Assembly: GCA_963710375.1 (NCBI GenBank)
Contig: CAVPZX010000004.1
Span: 64,001-128,000 of the forward strand
From: Nitrospirota bacterium
Lineage (GTDB): Bacteria; Nitrospirota; Thermodesulfovibrionia; Thermodesulfovibrionales; Dissulfurispiraceae
Direction of reading: 5' to 3'
Length of the DNA: 64,000 nucleotides
The position numbers and the translations under genes are program-made. Below the pieces are notes generated by a model. That model ran no database searches. It saw only the letters and a program-made list of their open reading frames with translations, and was not told the origin of the DNA. Position 1 is the first letter of the stretch; each line of letters starts with the position of its first letter. Of this stretch, positions 1 to 9,266 are shown piece after piece.

Positions 1-892
1 TGACCGAGTTCAACTGCTCAAAACCTTTTTCGAGGAGATTTATCGCTTCCTCAATATCGCCCTTCGTCATAATAACCTCGGCAGTTCCAAGATAAGCGGG
101 GAGAAAGCCGCTGTCCATTCTCATAAGGGTCCTGAACGCTTTCTCTGCTTTTTCCAGCTCTCCATTTTCAAGGCTTGCGCGCGCGTATTCGTATTTATAT
201 CCCAGCAGCCTGTGGTCCTCTCTCTCTTTATCCTTCTCGTTTTGTTCGAGTTTGATAATCGATTTTTGCAGCAGAAGAAGGTCATCCCATTTCTCCTGCA
301 TCTCGAGTATCGCCCGCTTCCGGCAAAGAGCGGTAAGGTTCCCGGCATCAATATCCAGAATCTCGTCAATATATTTCATTGAATCGTCAAACCGCTTCAT
401 TTTTTCCATGACCGTTTCAATTGATAAGAGCACCTGAAGGTCTGAGTGGTTGATGTCCCTGGCTTTTTTATAGTATTCAAAGGCCGCCGTGAAGTCCTCA
501 TTGCTCAGCGCAATGTCGCCTAGCCTTAAAAGTGCATCAACGTGTTCGGGATCCTCCTTCAATATCTCGTCCAGCGCCTCTTTGGCCTCCTCTTCTTTGT
601 CTCCCAATATGGCATTCAATGCTTTGGAATAGTTCGTGTGTATCCGCGCTTCTTTTTTCTGCCGTTTCTGATACTGCATATTATCGATAATGCGCTTTGT
701 ATCGCGTATAAAGAAGACAACCCATATGCCGAGCGCCCCGATAAATGTTGAAAACCCTATCAGAGCTATTTTCGGCATCTCATAAAGGCTTCCGAATGGC
801 ACTTGGATAAAAACCATATCCTTATTAAAAATGGCGAAAAAGCAAAGCGCTGCTAGGAAAGCCAGAAACACAAGTATCGCTAGCTTACTCAT
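1..892 (-). CDS. LapA/LapB-like membrane-anchored TPR protein (3' end runs off the window)
   Basis: Manual translation from ATG 892 (TAATG overlap with rlmH): MSKLAILVFLAFLAALCFFAIFNKDMV... with two TM helices, then TPR helices (DPEHVDALLRLGDIA). Absent from the ORF track because there is no stop in the window. Confidence 0.7.
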   Translation of the reverse strand, partial: MSKLAILVFLAFLAALCFFAIFNKDMVFIQVPFGSLYEMPKIALIGFSTFIGALGIWVVFFIRDTKRIIDNMQYQKRQKKEARIHTNYSKALNAILGDKEEEAKEALDEILKEDPEHVDALLRLGDIALSNEDFTAAFEYYKKARDINHSDLQVLLSIETVMEKMKRFDDSMKYIDEILDIDAGNLTALCRKRAILEMQEKWDDLLLLQKSIIKLEQNEKDKEREDHRLLGYKYEYARASLENGELEKAEKAFRTLMRMDSGFLPAYLGTAEVIMTKGDIEEAINLLEKGFEQLNSV

Positions 893-1329
893 TAATGGTG
901 ATACTCCTTGTTATGAATAATCGTCATAGCCCTGAAGAGCTGCTCAAAGAAAAATACCCTCACCATCTCGTGAGTAAAGGTCATCCTCGACAGCGCAATG
1001 GTCTCTTTTGCTTTGTCCTTTATCTCATCGGAAACGCCGTAGGGACCGCCGATGAGAAAGTCTCCGCCGCCTCTTTCCTGCAATAAACGGGCGAACCCGG
1101 GCGAGGTGAACTCTCTCCCAGTCTGGTCAAGCAGGGTGTATGATTGTGTCTGCCTCAATATCTTTTCTCCTTCTTCCGAAAGGGAATCTGCTGCGTTTTT
1201 GCCTTTATGCTCTTTTATTTCAACAATGGCAACCTGGGCCATAGGGCTTAACAGTTTAAGATACCGCTCTATCCCTTCGTTCAGATAGGGCTCTTTCGTC
1301 CTCCCTACCCATATTATCCTTATTTTCAT
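892..1329 (-). CDS. rlmH: 23S rRNA (pseudouridine1915-N3)-methyltransferase RlmH
   Basis: MKIRIIWVGR...FLIGGPYG...ALSRMTFTHEMVR...EQLFRA..YHH SPOUT signature; start reassigned to ATG 1329. Confidence 0.95.
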   Translation of the reverse strand: MKIRIIWVGRTKEPYLNEGIERYLKLLSPMAQVAIVEIKEHKGKNAADSLSEEGEKILRQTQSYTLLDQTGREFTSPGFARLLQERGGGDFLIGGPYGVSDEIKDKAKETIALSRMTFTHEMVRVFFFEQLFRAMTIIHNKEYHH

Positions 1330-1669
1330 CGGCAAGCGGTATCCTCGGGGCATCGAGCCATAGCTTTTCGAGTTCGTAATACTCCCTTGTCTCTTCCTCA
1401 AAAACATGGATTATCACATCCCCGTAATCTAATAATATCCATCTGGCATATTGGAAACCCTCGATGCGAGAGGGCGCTATTGCAACCTTAATCAGATTTT
1501 CTCTAATATGTTCAGCGATCGTCTTGACCTGGGTGGTGCTTTCACCGGAACAGATGACAAAATAGTCTGCAATAACCGTAAGGTCCTTCAATTCGAGGAC
1601 CATGACATCCTTTGCCTTTTTATCTAAAGATGTCTGCGCAGCTTTTATAGCTTTTGTTTTGCTGTCTAT
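1256..1669 (-). CDS. rsfS: Ribosome silencing factor RsfS (Iojap)
   Basis: IADYFVICSG...WILLDYGDVIIHVF...YYELEKLW. The conserved N-terminus (LDKKAKDV) extends upstream of ATG 1603 to an in-frame ATA at 1669. Confidence 0.92.
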   Translation of the reverse strand: MDSKTKAIKAAQTSLDKKAKDVMVLELKDLTVIADYFVICSGESTTQVKTIAEHIRENLIKVAIAPSRIEGFQYARWILLDYGDVIIHVFEEETREYYELEKLWLDAPRIPLADENKDNMGREDERALSERRDRAVS

Positions 1670-1747
1670 GTGGCAATCCTTTCACTTCTTTATTGTGTAT
1701 TATAGCAGAATTATGAAATCGCATCAGCTTTTTTAAACAAATCCATC

Positions 1748-1776
1748 TTGACTAAAGCCTCGGAGAAAACTATAAT
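1748..1776 (+). promoter_or_regulatory. sigma70 promoter TTGACT-N17-TATAAT, 6 nt before the malic enzyme ATG (leaderless)
   Basis: Near-consensus hexamers with a 17-bp spacer. Confidence 0.75.
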
Positions 1777-1782
1777 GCTGTT

Positions 1783-3189
1783 ATGACGCGCATTACGAGT
1801 CCGAGTTACAGCATTACCATAAGGGTGGAACTTGAAAATCGCATCGGCATGTTCGCCCAACTTGCTACGGCTATAAGTAACGCTGGTGGTGATCTGGGCT
1901 CTATTGATATCGTCCGCACCGAAAAGGGAAAAGTCATTAGAGACATAACTGCAAATGCCAGGGACGAGGAGCATGAAAAAAGAATCGTCAAGTCAATAAG
2001 AAACATCAGCGGTTTAAAAGTCCTGAGAGTAATGGACCGCACCTTTACCGCTCACGAAGGGGGAAAGATCGAGATACGCCCCAAAATCTCTGTTAAAAAC
2101 AGAGATGATCTTTCCAAGGTTTATACGCCGGGAGTTGCAAGGGTATGCGGTGACATTCATGAATGTACTGAACATGCTTATCGCTACACTATAAAAGGGA
2201 ATTGTGTTGCCGTAATCACTGACGGAACAGCTGTCCTCGGCCTTGGAAATATAGGCCCTGAAGCGTCCATGCCTGTTATGGAAGGCAAGGCTATGATTTT
2301 CAAGGAGTTTGCCGGGATTGATGCATTCCCCATTCCCCTGAAGACCACTGATCCCGAAGAAATTATCAATACCGTTAGAATAATCTCCACACCTTTTGGG
2401 GGTATTAATCTCGAGGATATATCCGCGCCAAGGTGCTTCGAGATAGAGAGGCGGCTCAGGGAGATTTGCGACATACCTGTTATCCATGACGACCAGCATG
2501 GGACAGCGGTTGTTGTCCTTGCAGCTCTTATGAACATCGGGCGATTGCTGAAGAAAGACATAAAGAAATTAAGAATGGTAATTTCTGGCGCAGGCGCAGC
2601 AGGAATGGCCAATGCATGGATGCTCTCGGCATATGGTGTACGGGACATCATCGTGTGCGACAGGGCAGGTGCAATTTACGAAGGCAGAAAGAATGATATG
2701 AACCCCTATAAGAAGGCTCTTGCCAAAAAAACGAACCCGAGAAAGATCAGGGGCAGCATTTCAGATGCCATTAAGGGAGCCAATGTCTTCCTGGGACTTT
2801 CCGTTCCCAAGGTCATATCGGTCGATGACATACGCCATATGGCAAAAGAGCCGGTAGTTTTTGCCCTGGCAAATCCCGAACCGGAAATAGCGCCAGAAGA
2901 TGCTTTCCCGCTGGTAAGAATACTAGCCACCGGACGCTCCGATTATCCCAACCAGATAAATAATATGCTATGCTTTCCGGGAATTTTCAGAGGTCTGCTG
3001 GACGTAAGAGCTAGCGGAGTTAATGAGGAAATAAAATTTGCCGCTGCAAAGGCCATCGCTTATACGGTAACAGATGATGAATTGCATGAGGATTACATAA
3101 TACCAAGTATTTTCGACAGAAAAGTCGTACATGCGGTAGCTCATGCCGTGGCTGAGGCAGCCAAGAAAACAGGGCTGTCACGACATTAA
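1783..3189 (+). CDS. NAD(P)-dependent malic enzyme with N-terminal ACT domain
   Basis: YTPGVA, DGTAVLGLG, PVMEGKA, INLEDI, HDDQHGTA, GAGAAG, TGRSDYPNQINN motifs; N-terminal ACT-like ~85 aa. Confidence 0.92.
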   Translation: MTRITSPSYSITIRVELENRIGMFAQLATAISNAGGDLGSIDIVRTEKGKVIRDITANARDEEHEKRIVKSIRNISGLKVLRVMDRTFTAHEGGKIEIRPKISVKNRDDLSKVYTPGVARVCGDIHECTEHAYRYTIKGNCVAVITDGTAVLGLGNIGPEASMPVMEGKAMIFKEFAGIDAFPIPLKTTDPEEIINTVRIISTPFGGINLEDISAPRCFEIERRLREICDIPVIHDDQHGTAVVVLAALMNIGRLLKKDIKKLRMVISGAGAAGMANAWMLSAYGVRDIIVCDRAGAIYEGRKNDMNPYKKALAKKTNPRKIRGSISDAIKGANVFLGLSVPKVISVDDIRHMAKEPVVFALANPEPEIAPEDAFPLVRILATGRSDYPNQINNMLCFPGIFRGLLDVRASGVNEEIKFAAAKAIAYTVTDDELHEDYIIPSIFDRKVVHAVAHAVAEAAKKTGLSRH

Positions 3190-3212
3190 CCTAAATAGTG
3201 CAATTAACCTGC

Positions 3213-4223
3213 TTACGGCATCCCTACGCCGTCGATCCTCGCCCCGCATTTTTCACATTTCGAGTCTTTCATGCTGATATGAGTCAGCGAAAAACCGATA
3301 CGCTCTATTAGCAGAGCTCCGCAGGATGGACAGAGGGTGTTTTCGCCGCCAGTGCCGGGGACGTTGCCTTCATAGACATATTTCAGGCCGGCTTTCAACC
3401 CGATTTCGCGTGCCTTCCTCAATGTGATCAGAGGTGTCCTGGGCTTGTCGAACAGTTTATAGGTTGGATAGAATTGGCTCACGTGCCATGGGATAGATGC
3501 ATCTACAGACTTTATGAATTGAGCGGCAAAGGTGAGAAAATCATCTGAATCATTATAATCAGGGATGATAAGAGTGGTAACTTCAACCCAGATTCCCAAC
3601 TCCTTCATTAGCTTAATAGTGTCGAGCACCGGTTGCAGTTTAGCACCCACAACCTTCTTATAAAAGTCATCATCTCCTTTTAAATCAATATTGTTGGCAT
3701 CAAGGTAGGGTGCAATGAGCCGTATCGCGTCAGGGCTTGTATAGCCATTGCTGACAAACACATTCCGGATTCCCTTCTTATGGGCAAGGCGCGCACAGTC
3801 ATAGGCAAACTCAAAAAATATTGTGGGCTCTGTATAGGTATAGGCTATGCTTTCGCATCCCGCACGCACGGCCTCTTCGACGACCTCTTCAGGTGACATC
3901 TCTTCGCCTGGAATGTCCTTGTTCTGTTTCGGGTATTGCGATATCTCGTAATTCTGGCAGTGCAGGCATCTGAAATTGCATCCTACTGCGGCTATCGAAA
4001 ACGAATGCGAACCGGGATAAAAATGAAAAAAAGGTTTTTTCTCTATAGGATCTACATGTTTTGCAGCAACTTTGCCATATACAAGAGAATAGAGCGTGCC
4101 CCCGCTATTTTCCCTAACCCCGCAAATGCCGCGCTTCCCCGGTGAAATGGAACAGTACTGAGGGCAGAGGAAGCATTTTACCTTACCTTCATCAAGCTTT
4201 TCGTAAAGCCTGGCCTCATGCAT
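3213..4223 (-). CDS. amrS: AmmeMemoRadiSam system radical SAM enzyme
   Basis: N-terminal CxxCP..C..G.CGVR, DPIEKKP, CNFRCLHCQN, AYTYTEP. Confidence 0.9.
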   Translation of the reverse strand: MHEARLYEKLDEGKVKCFLCPQYCSISPGKRGICGVRENSGGTLYSLVYGKVAAKHVDPIEKKPFFHFYPGSHSFSIAAVGCNFRCLHCQNYEISQYPKQNKDIPGEEMSPEEVVEEAVRAGCESIAYTYTEPTIFFEFAYDCARLAHKKGIRNVFVSNGYTSPDAIRLIAPYLDANNIDLKGDDDFYKKVVGAKLQPVLDTIKLMKELGIWVEVTTLIIPDYNDSDDFLTFAAQFIKSVDASIPWHVSQFYPTYKLFDKPRTPLITLRKAREIGLKAGLKYVYEGNVPGTGGENTLCPSCGALLIERIGFSLTHISMKDSKCEKCGARIDGVGMP

Positions 4224-4226
4224 GCA

Positions 4227-4523
4227 TTAATTAGTTTTCTTCACTTTGGCAATCCTCTTTGCTGGAGCCTTTTTAGGTTCTGCAGCCTTCTTAGGTCCGG
4301 CAGCCTTTTTTTGTTCTGCAGGGGCCGCCTTCTTAATCGGCTCTTCAACGCTCTCTTCAGACTGCTTCTTGTTGATTGGTCCTCCGTTGAGGCGACGCCT
4401 TACGATTTTTTCAGCCTCGATCCAGTTCTCCAGATCGCGACCCGGTATCCATCCACTTTTCTCGTAAAGTTCATGGGCCGTTTTGGCAATTTCTTCATGA
4501 AGATTCATGATAATCCCCTCCAT
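4227..4523 (-). CDS. DUF2934 domain protein with Lys/Ala-rich tail
   Basis: EEIAKTAHELYEKSG..G.DLENWIEAE motif. Confidence 0.8.
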   Translation of the reverse strand: MEGIIMNLHEEIAKTAHELYEKSGWIPGRDLENWIEAEKIVRRRLNGGPINKKQSEESVEEPIKKAAPAEQKKAAGPKKAAEPKKAPAKRIAKVKKTN

Positions 4524-4630
4524 AAATAATATTTATAGTTAAATCTTACCACCGTTTTATAGTTAAAGCAACAATGGGTCAGTTTGTGTTTGCCCTGGAT
4601 CATCCGGGTTCCAGGCGATGAAATGAAGCA

Positions 4631-5356
4631 CTAGGTTTTAAAGGTTTTACTTTCAGATTTGTCGCCGGAACCGATACTGTTAAGCGCGAAATTTCTCTGC
4701 ATCTCATACCCGGCAGCAATGTTCCTCAAGTCGGCAACCCTGTTTATCCATCCCTTCAGGTACTTGCTGTATTGTGCTGGCCTGAGTTCAGCAAGGCGCT
4801 TATAACGGTATGCTCTCATTGACAGATATGTATCAATGTTGCCGGCCGACTTCTTCAGCAGTTTTGTGGCTGCGGCAGGGCTGTTCACATAGGTATCAAA
4901 ATGCACGAGATTTAGCGGATAGGGCAATGATGCAGCCCCTGATTTGTCCCAAATTTTCTTATAGATGGCTTCGGCATCTGCCCTGGTGATATTCTTGATG
5001 TTGCCTTTATACCCGTATTCTTTTGCTGTTGACTGAAGTATGCCGAACTTTGAAGACTCGGCGCCGCCATCGCTATGCACATAGGCGGTACCCTCATGTT
5101 TAAGAACAGTGGCAAGTATCTCTTTGAACCTGCTGTCGTCCCCTTCCTTGACTAACACAGGACTGGACAACGGAATGGCCGGGAGGGATTGAACTGCCGG
5201 CCCCTTGTCTAAGGTTGTCAGCTCATTCTCAATCTGGCCCAGCGATGCCTCAAACAGGGCCTCAAAAGAAGTACTTACTGTACCAGGTGTGCCTTTGGAG
5301 AGGAGCTTGCTGAGCAGGAGAATCTGTTGCTGGGGATTTAGGGATAGATCCTTCAT
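4631..5356 (-). CDS. Glycoside hydrolase family 108-like peptidoglycan hydrolase
   Basis: VLKHEGTAY..DGGAESSKFGI...AEAIYKKIWD...FDTYVN...KYLKGWINRV resembles GH108 plus PG-binding C-terminus. Confidence 0.7.
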   Translation of the reverse strand: MKDLSLNPQQQILLLSKLLSKGTPGTVSTSFEALFEASLGQIENELTTLDKGPAVQSLPAIPLSSPVLVKEGDDSRFKEILATVLKHEGTAYVHSDGGAESSKFGILQSTAKEYGYKGNIKNITRADAEAIYKKIWDKSGAASLPYPLNLVHFDTYVNSPAAATKLLKKSAGNIDTYLSMRAYRYKRLAELRPAQYSKYLKGWINRVADLRNIAAGYEMQRNFALNSIGSGDKSESKTFKT

Positions 5357-5543
5357 GTCATTAGCATTGTCATTTCTGACCCTCTGACGAGTGTTTTTTA
5401 TGTTCGTTTCTTATATCCGTAATTGTAGCATAATCACAGGTATGCTTTCATGTGTCTCTTTGGTGACTGTTGATTGGGAAGTTGTCAAAGCCTACTAAAT
5501 ATGCAATAATAAAACTTCCTGAAAAATTCTTAAGGAGGTTTGC

Positions 5544-6134
5544 ATGAAATCAATGAAAGTCCTTTTCATACTGTTGTTGGTGTTGGCCGTTGCTGTTTCT
5601 GCCTTCGCCGAAATAAGAAATAAGAAATTTACGAAAGAGGAGATTAAAAAAATGGCCGATACCAAAGCAATTATCGAAACAAAATTCGGGAACATTGAGC
5701 TCAAGTTTTTTCCCGATGTTGCACCTAATCATGTCGACAACTTCATCGAGCTAGCCAAGAAAGGCTTTTATGACGGTACCACCTTTCACCGCGTCATACC
5801 GGGTTTTATGATCCAGGGCGGTGATCCCAATTCAAAAAACCACGACAAGTCAACGCACGGCATGGGCGGGCCGGGATACACGCTTAAAGCGGAATTCAAC
5901 GACAAACCTCATAAGAGAGGGACTCTTTCAATGGCAAGGGCTGCCAGCCCTGACAGCGCTGGTTCTCAGTTCTTTATCTGTGTCGCTGATTCTCATTTTC
6001 TTGACAGGCAGTACACGGTCTTCGGAGAGGTCGTGTCAGGGATGGATGTGGTAGATAAGATCGTGAGCCAGCCCAGGGACGGGAATGACAACCCTGATAA
6101 GCGCATTGAGATGAAAGTAAAGGTCATCGAATAA
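5544..6134 (+). CDS. Cyclophilin-type peptidyl-prolyl cis-trans isomerase with signal peptide
   Basis: FHRVIPGFMIQGGDP, LSMARA, AGSQFFI, YTVFGEV. Confidence 0.95.
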   Translation: MKSMKVLFILLLVLAVAVSAFAEIRNKKFTKEEIKKMADTKAIIETKFGNIELKFFPDVAPNHVDNFIELAKKGFYDGTTFHRVIPGFMIQGGDPNSKNHDKSTHGMGGPGYTLKAEFNDKPHKRGTLSMARAASPDSAGSQFFICVADSHFLDRQYTVFGEVVSGMDVVDKIVSQPRDGNDNPDKRIEMKVKVIE

Positions 6135-6166
6135 TCCTGAGTCTGTGTCCTAATTTATAGGAATTA

Positions 6167-6223
6167 AGGGCTCGCGGATAAATAACTTGTGCATTCAGGC
6201 AAAAGTTATTTATTCGCGAGCTC
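6167..6223. repeat. Collapsed copy of MITE family B (two inverted ends, core deleted), overlapping the uvrA stop
   Basis: AGGGCTCGCGGATAAATAACTT...AAGTTATTTATTCGCGAGCTC matches the ends of 17126-17309. Confidence 0.8.
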
Positions 6224-8971
6224 CAAATACTTCCCCGTATATGAGCCTTCCACGTTTTTCAACTCTTCCGGAGTCCCTTCGAAGAGAATGGCGCCGCCTT
6301 TGTCACCGCCCTCGGGTCCGAGGTCTATTACCCAGTCGGCCTGTGATATAACGTCCAGATTATGTTCTATTATGACCACTGTGTTACCGTTGTTGACCAG
6401 TTTCCTGATTATTTTCATCAGCATTATCACGTCATTGTAATGCAGCCCCACAGTCGGTTCATCAAGGATATAGAGCACTCCCCTTGAATGTGGTCTTGAG
6501 TTCAACGACAGTTCAGCGCAAATTTTCAGACGCTGTGCCTCTCCACCCGAAAGTGTTGTGGCCGATTGGCCCAGCCTGAGGTAGCCGAGCCCGATATCTT
6601 TCATCAGCACGAGTTTGGATTTGATTTCCTGGACGTCGGAAAAGAACTCTATGGCGTCGTCTACCGTAATCTTCAAAATATCATTGATATTCTTCCCCCT
6701 GTAATACACGCGTAGCGCCTCGCTCTTATACCTCCTTCCCTTGCACTCCTCGCAGGTCACGAAAATATCCTCGAAGAAGTACATTTCCATCTTCTGGCAG
6801 CCTTCCCCCTTGCAGGATTCACATCTTCCTCCAGGCACATTGAAGGAGAAGTACCCGGGTGAATAGCCGTGTGCCCGGGCTTCCAGCTGCTGAGAAAATA
6901 TCTTACGCACCTGGTCGAACATCTTGAGATACGTTAAAGGATTCGAACGCGGTGTTTTCCCAATGGGGCTTTGATCAATAAGCCGTACTCCCTTGATGTC
7001 CTCAAGCCCTTTAATTTTTTTATGTGGAAGCGGCTGTTCAGGTTCGCCTCTGAAATGGCGCGCCAAAGCATGGTGCAGCGTCTCAACTATGAGGCTGCTC
7101 TTGCCTGATCCTGAAACCCCGGAAACAACAGTCAGGGATTCCAGCGGAATCCTGAGCGTGACATTCTTGAGGTTGTTGCCGGTAGCTCCGTAAAGCGTGA
7201 GAGAATAATCCCTGGTGTGCAACTGGTAGTCTTTTTCTTTCTTGCGCGGTACTGCAATGTAAGGCTTATCCATACCTCTTATATACCGTGAAGTCATAGT
7301 GTCAGACTTTAAAAATTCATTCATAGGGCCTGAAAACACTACCTCGCCGCCCATATGGCCCCCGTAAGGACCGAGTTCCACCACCCAGTCACTTGACGAA
7401 ATTATATCTTTGTCATGCTCGACAACGATGATGGTATTGCCCAGTGAGGCGAGTTCTCTCATTATTTCAGCAATCCTCCTGGTGTCCCTCGGATGCAGGC
7501 CTATAGTCGGCTCATCCAGGACATACAGAGTACCCGTAAGAGCCGATGCTAATTGATTGGACAGGTTCACCCGTTGGTACTCCCCGCCTGAAAGTGTTTT
7601 TGCCTGCCTGTTCAATGTCAGATAGTCAAGCCCTACCCGTGCGAGGAACCTTAGTTTCATGAGAATCTGCCGCACCGCTTCTTTCGCAATGTCCTTTTGC
7701 ATCGGAGAAAGCTGGAGGGATTCAAACCAGCGCAGCGCTTCTGATATCGGCATATCGGACAGACCGGCAATGTCCATACCCTCTATCTTGTAGGCCAGGG
7801 CAAGATCGCAAAGCCGCCGGCCGCCGCATTTCGGACAGGTGACCGGGCTTCTGTACCTGCTTAACAGCACTCTTACATGGAGTTTGTAGCGCTTGCCTTC
7901 CATCTCCTCAAAGAAACTGTTTAAACCGTAAAAATGCTCATTTCCTTTGAAGATAATGCTTTTTTCCTGCTTTGACAGGTTATTGAAAGACTTGGCTGTG
8001 GGTATACCGGTCTTTTTTGCGCCCTTTATCATCTGGTCCCTCCACCATTTGTATCCGGGCTTCTCCCACAGAGCTATTGCTCCACCGGCGAGTGAAAGCG
8101 TATTGTCCGGTATGATCAGGTCTTCGTCGTAAATCAGGATGTTGCCGAATCCTTTGCACTCGGGACATGCGCAGACCGGGTGATTGAATGAAAACAGCAT
8201 CGGTGTCGGTTCGGGAAGGGAAACAGCACAATCGTCGCAGGTATTGTTCGAAGAGAACCGCAACGTTATTTCGCTTGCTGTGTCGTGTGCCCTTAATACT
8301 ATCACCTTGACCTTTTCTCTGCCTTCTTTCCATGCCATTTCTATCGAATCAGACAGCCTGGGCTCGTCTCTTAGCGCAAGCCGGTCAAGAACAACTTCGA
8401 TTGTCCCGGAGGCTTCTTTCGGTAGGTCTGTTATGTCGATAGCTTCTCCATTGGACCAGACTCTGTGGAACCCCCTTTGCCGCAGGGTCTCAGGCGGCTC
8501 AGACGTTTCAAAAATAATAAGCGCCCTCCCATTCTGATATTTCTCGAGCAGTTCGGAAGTGATTTGGGATGTGTCCCACCTCCGTATCTCTTTGCCGCAT
8601 TGCGGGCAATACGGAATGGCAATCCTGGAATACAAGATCCTGAACAAATCGTACAGTTCTGTAAGCGTACCCACTGTAGAACGGGAGCCTCTGACAGGGT
8701 TTTTCTGTTCAAGCGCTACAGCAGGCCTTATATTGTGGATTGCATCGACATCAGGCCTGTCGAGTTTCTCAAGGAACAGCCGCGCATAGGTTGAGAGCGA
8801 CTCGATAAATCTCCATTGACCCTCTGCAAAAATGGTATCGAATGCCAGGGAGGACTTCCCGGAGCCTGAAACGCCTGTGACGGCAATAATCTGGTTGTGG
8901 GGAAGCCTGAGGTTTATATCCTTAAGGTTATTCTGTCTGGCGCCTTCAATTATCAAATCAAGATTTGACAT
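6206..8971 (-). CDS. uvrA: Excinuclease ABC subunit UvrA (possibly a second, class II-type paralog)
   Basis: Two ABC ATPase domains (GVSGSGKSS x2, LSGGE, LDEPT), zinc fingers, FSFN motifs. Confidence 0.93.
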   Translation of the reverse strand: MSNLDLIIEGARQNNLKDINLRLPHNQIIAVTGVSGSGKSSLAFDTIFAEGQWRFIESLSTYARLFLEKLDRPDVDAIHNIRPAVALEQKNPVRGSRSTVGTLTELYDLFRILYSRIAIPYCPQCGKEIRRWDTSQITSELLEKYQNGRALIIFETSEPPETLRQRGFHRVWSNGEAIDITDLPKEASGTIEVVLDRLALRDEPRLSDSIEMAWKEGREKVKVIVLRAHDTASEITLRFSSNNTCDDCAVSLPEPTPMLFSFNHPVCACPECKGFGNILIYDEDLIIPDNTLSLAGGAIALWEKPGYKWWRDQMIKGAKKTGIPTAKSFNNLSKQEKSIIFKGNEHFYGLNSFFEEMEGKRYKLHVRVLLSRYRSPVTCPKCGGRRLCDLALAYKIEGMDIAGLSDMPISEALRWFESLQLSPMQKDIAKEAVRQILMKLRFLARVGLDYLTLNRQAKTLSGGEYQRVNLSNQLASALTGTLYVLDEPTIGLHPRDTRRIAEIMRELASLGNTIIVVEHDKDIISSSDWVVELGPYGGHMGGEVVFSGPMNEFLKSDTMTSRYIRGMDKPYIAVPRKKEKDYQLHTRDYSLTLYGATGNNLKNVTLRIPLESLTVVSGVSGSGKSSLIVETLHHALARHFRGEPEQPLPHKKIKGLEDIKGVRLIDQSPIGKTPRSNPLTYLKMFDQVRKIFSQQLEARAHGYSPGYFSFNVPGGRCESCKGEGCQKMEMYFFEDIFVTCEECKGRRYKSEALRVYYRGKNINDILKITVDDAIEFFSDVQEIKSKLVLMKDIGLGYLRLGQSATTLSGGEAQRLKICAELSLNSRPHSRGVLYILDEPTVGLHYNDVIMLMKIIRKLVNNGNTVVIIEHNLDVISQADWVIDLGPEGGDKGGAILFEGTPEELKNVEGSYTGKYLELANK

Positions 8972-9022
8972 CTTTATATATTAACATTTTACCTGCAAAT
9001 GGAAGAAGGCTCAGGCATGGTT

Positions 9023-9193
9023 GGTAGCGGGTCAGTTTGTTTTTTCTCCGTATCAATTAGCCGTTCAATTCAATCACTGGCCTGTATTTGAGCATTATCT
9101 GTTGTCGCCATTTCTGGACATGTGGGCTCGGCGTTACTCGCCCACTGCTGAGAACCCAAGTGATACAGAGTAAAAACAAACTGACCCACTACC
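9023..9193. mobile_element. MITE family A, copy 1 (~171 bp, ~33-bp terminal inverted repeats)
   Basis: GGTAGCGGGTCAGTTTGTTTTTTCTCCGTATCA...TGATACAGAGTAAAAACAAACTGACCCACTACC; near-identical to 12206-12375. Confidence 0.85.
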
Positions 9194-9266
9194 GCATAGT
9201 TTGTTATTTAAATCTCGATAAGCAGGGTATTGGCAGGGGCAGCATCCTCTTTGAGGGTGTATCTAT

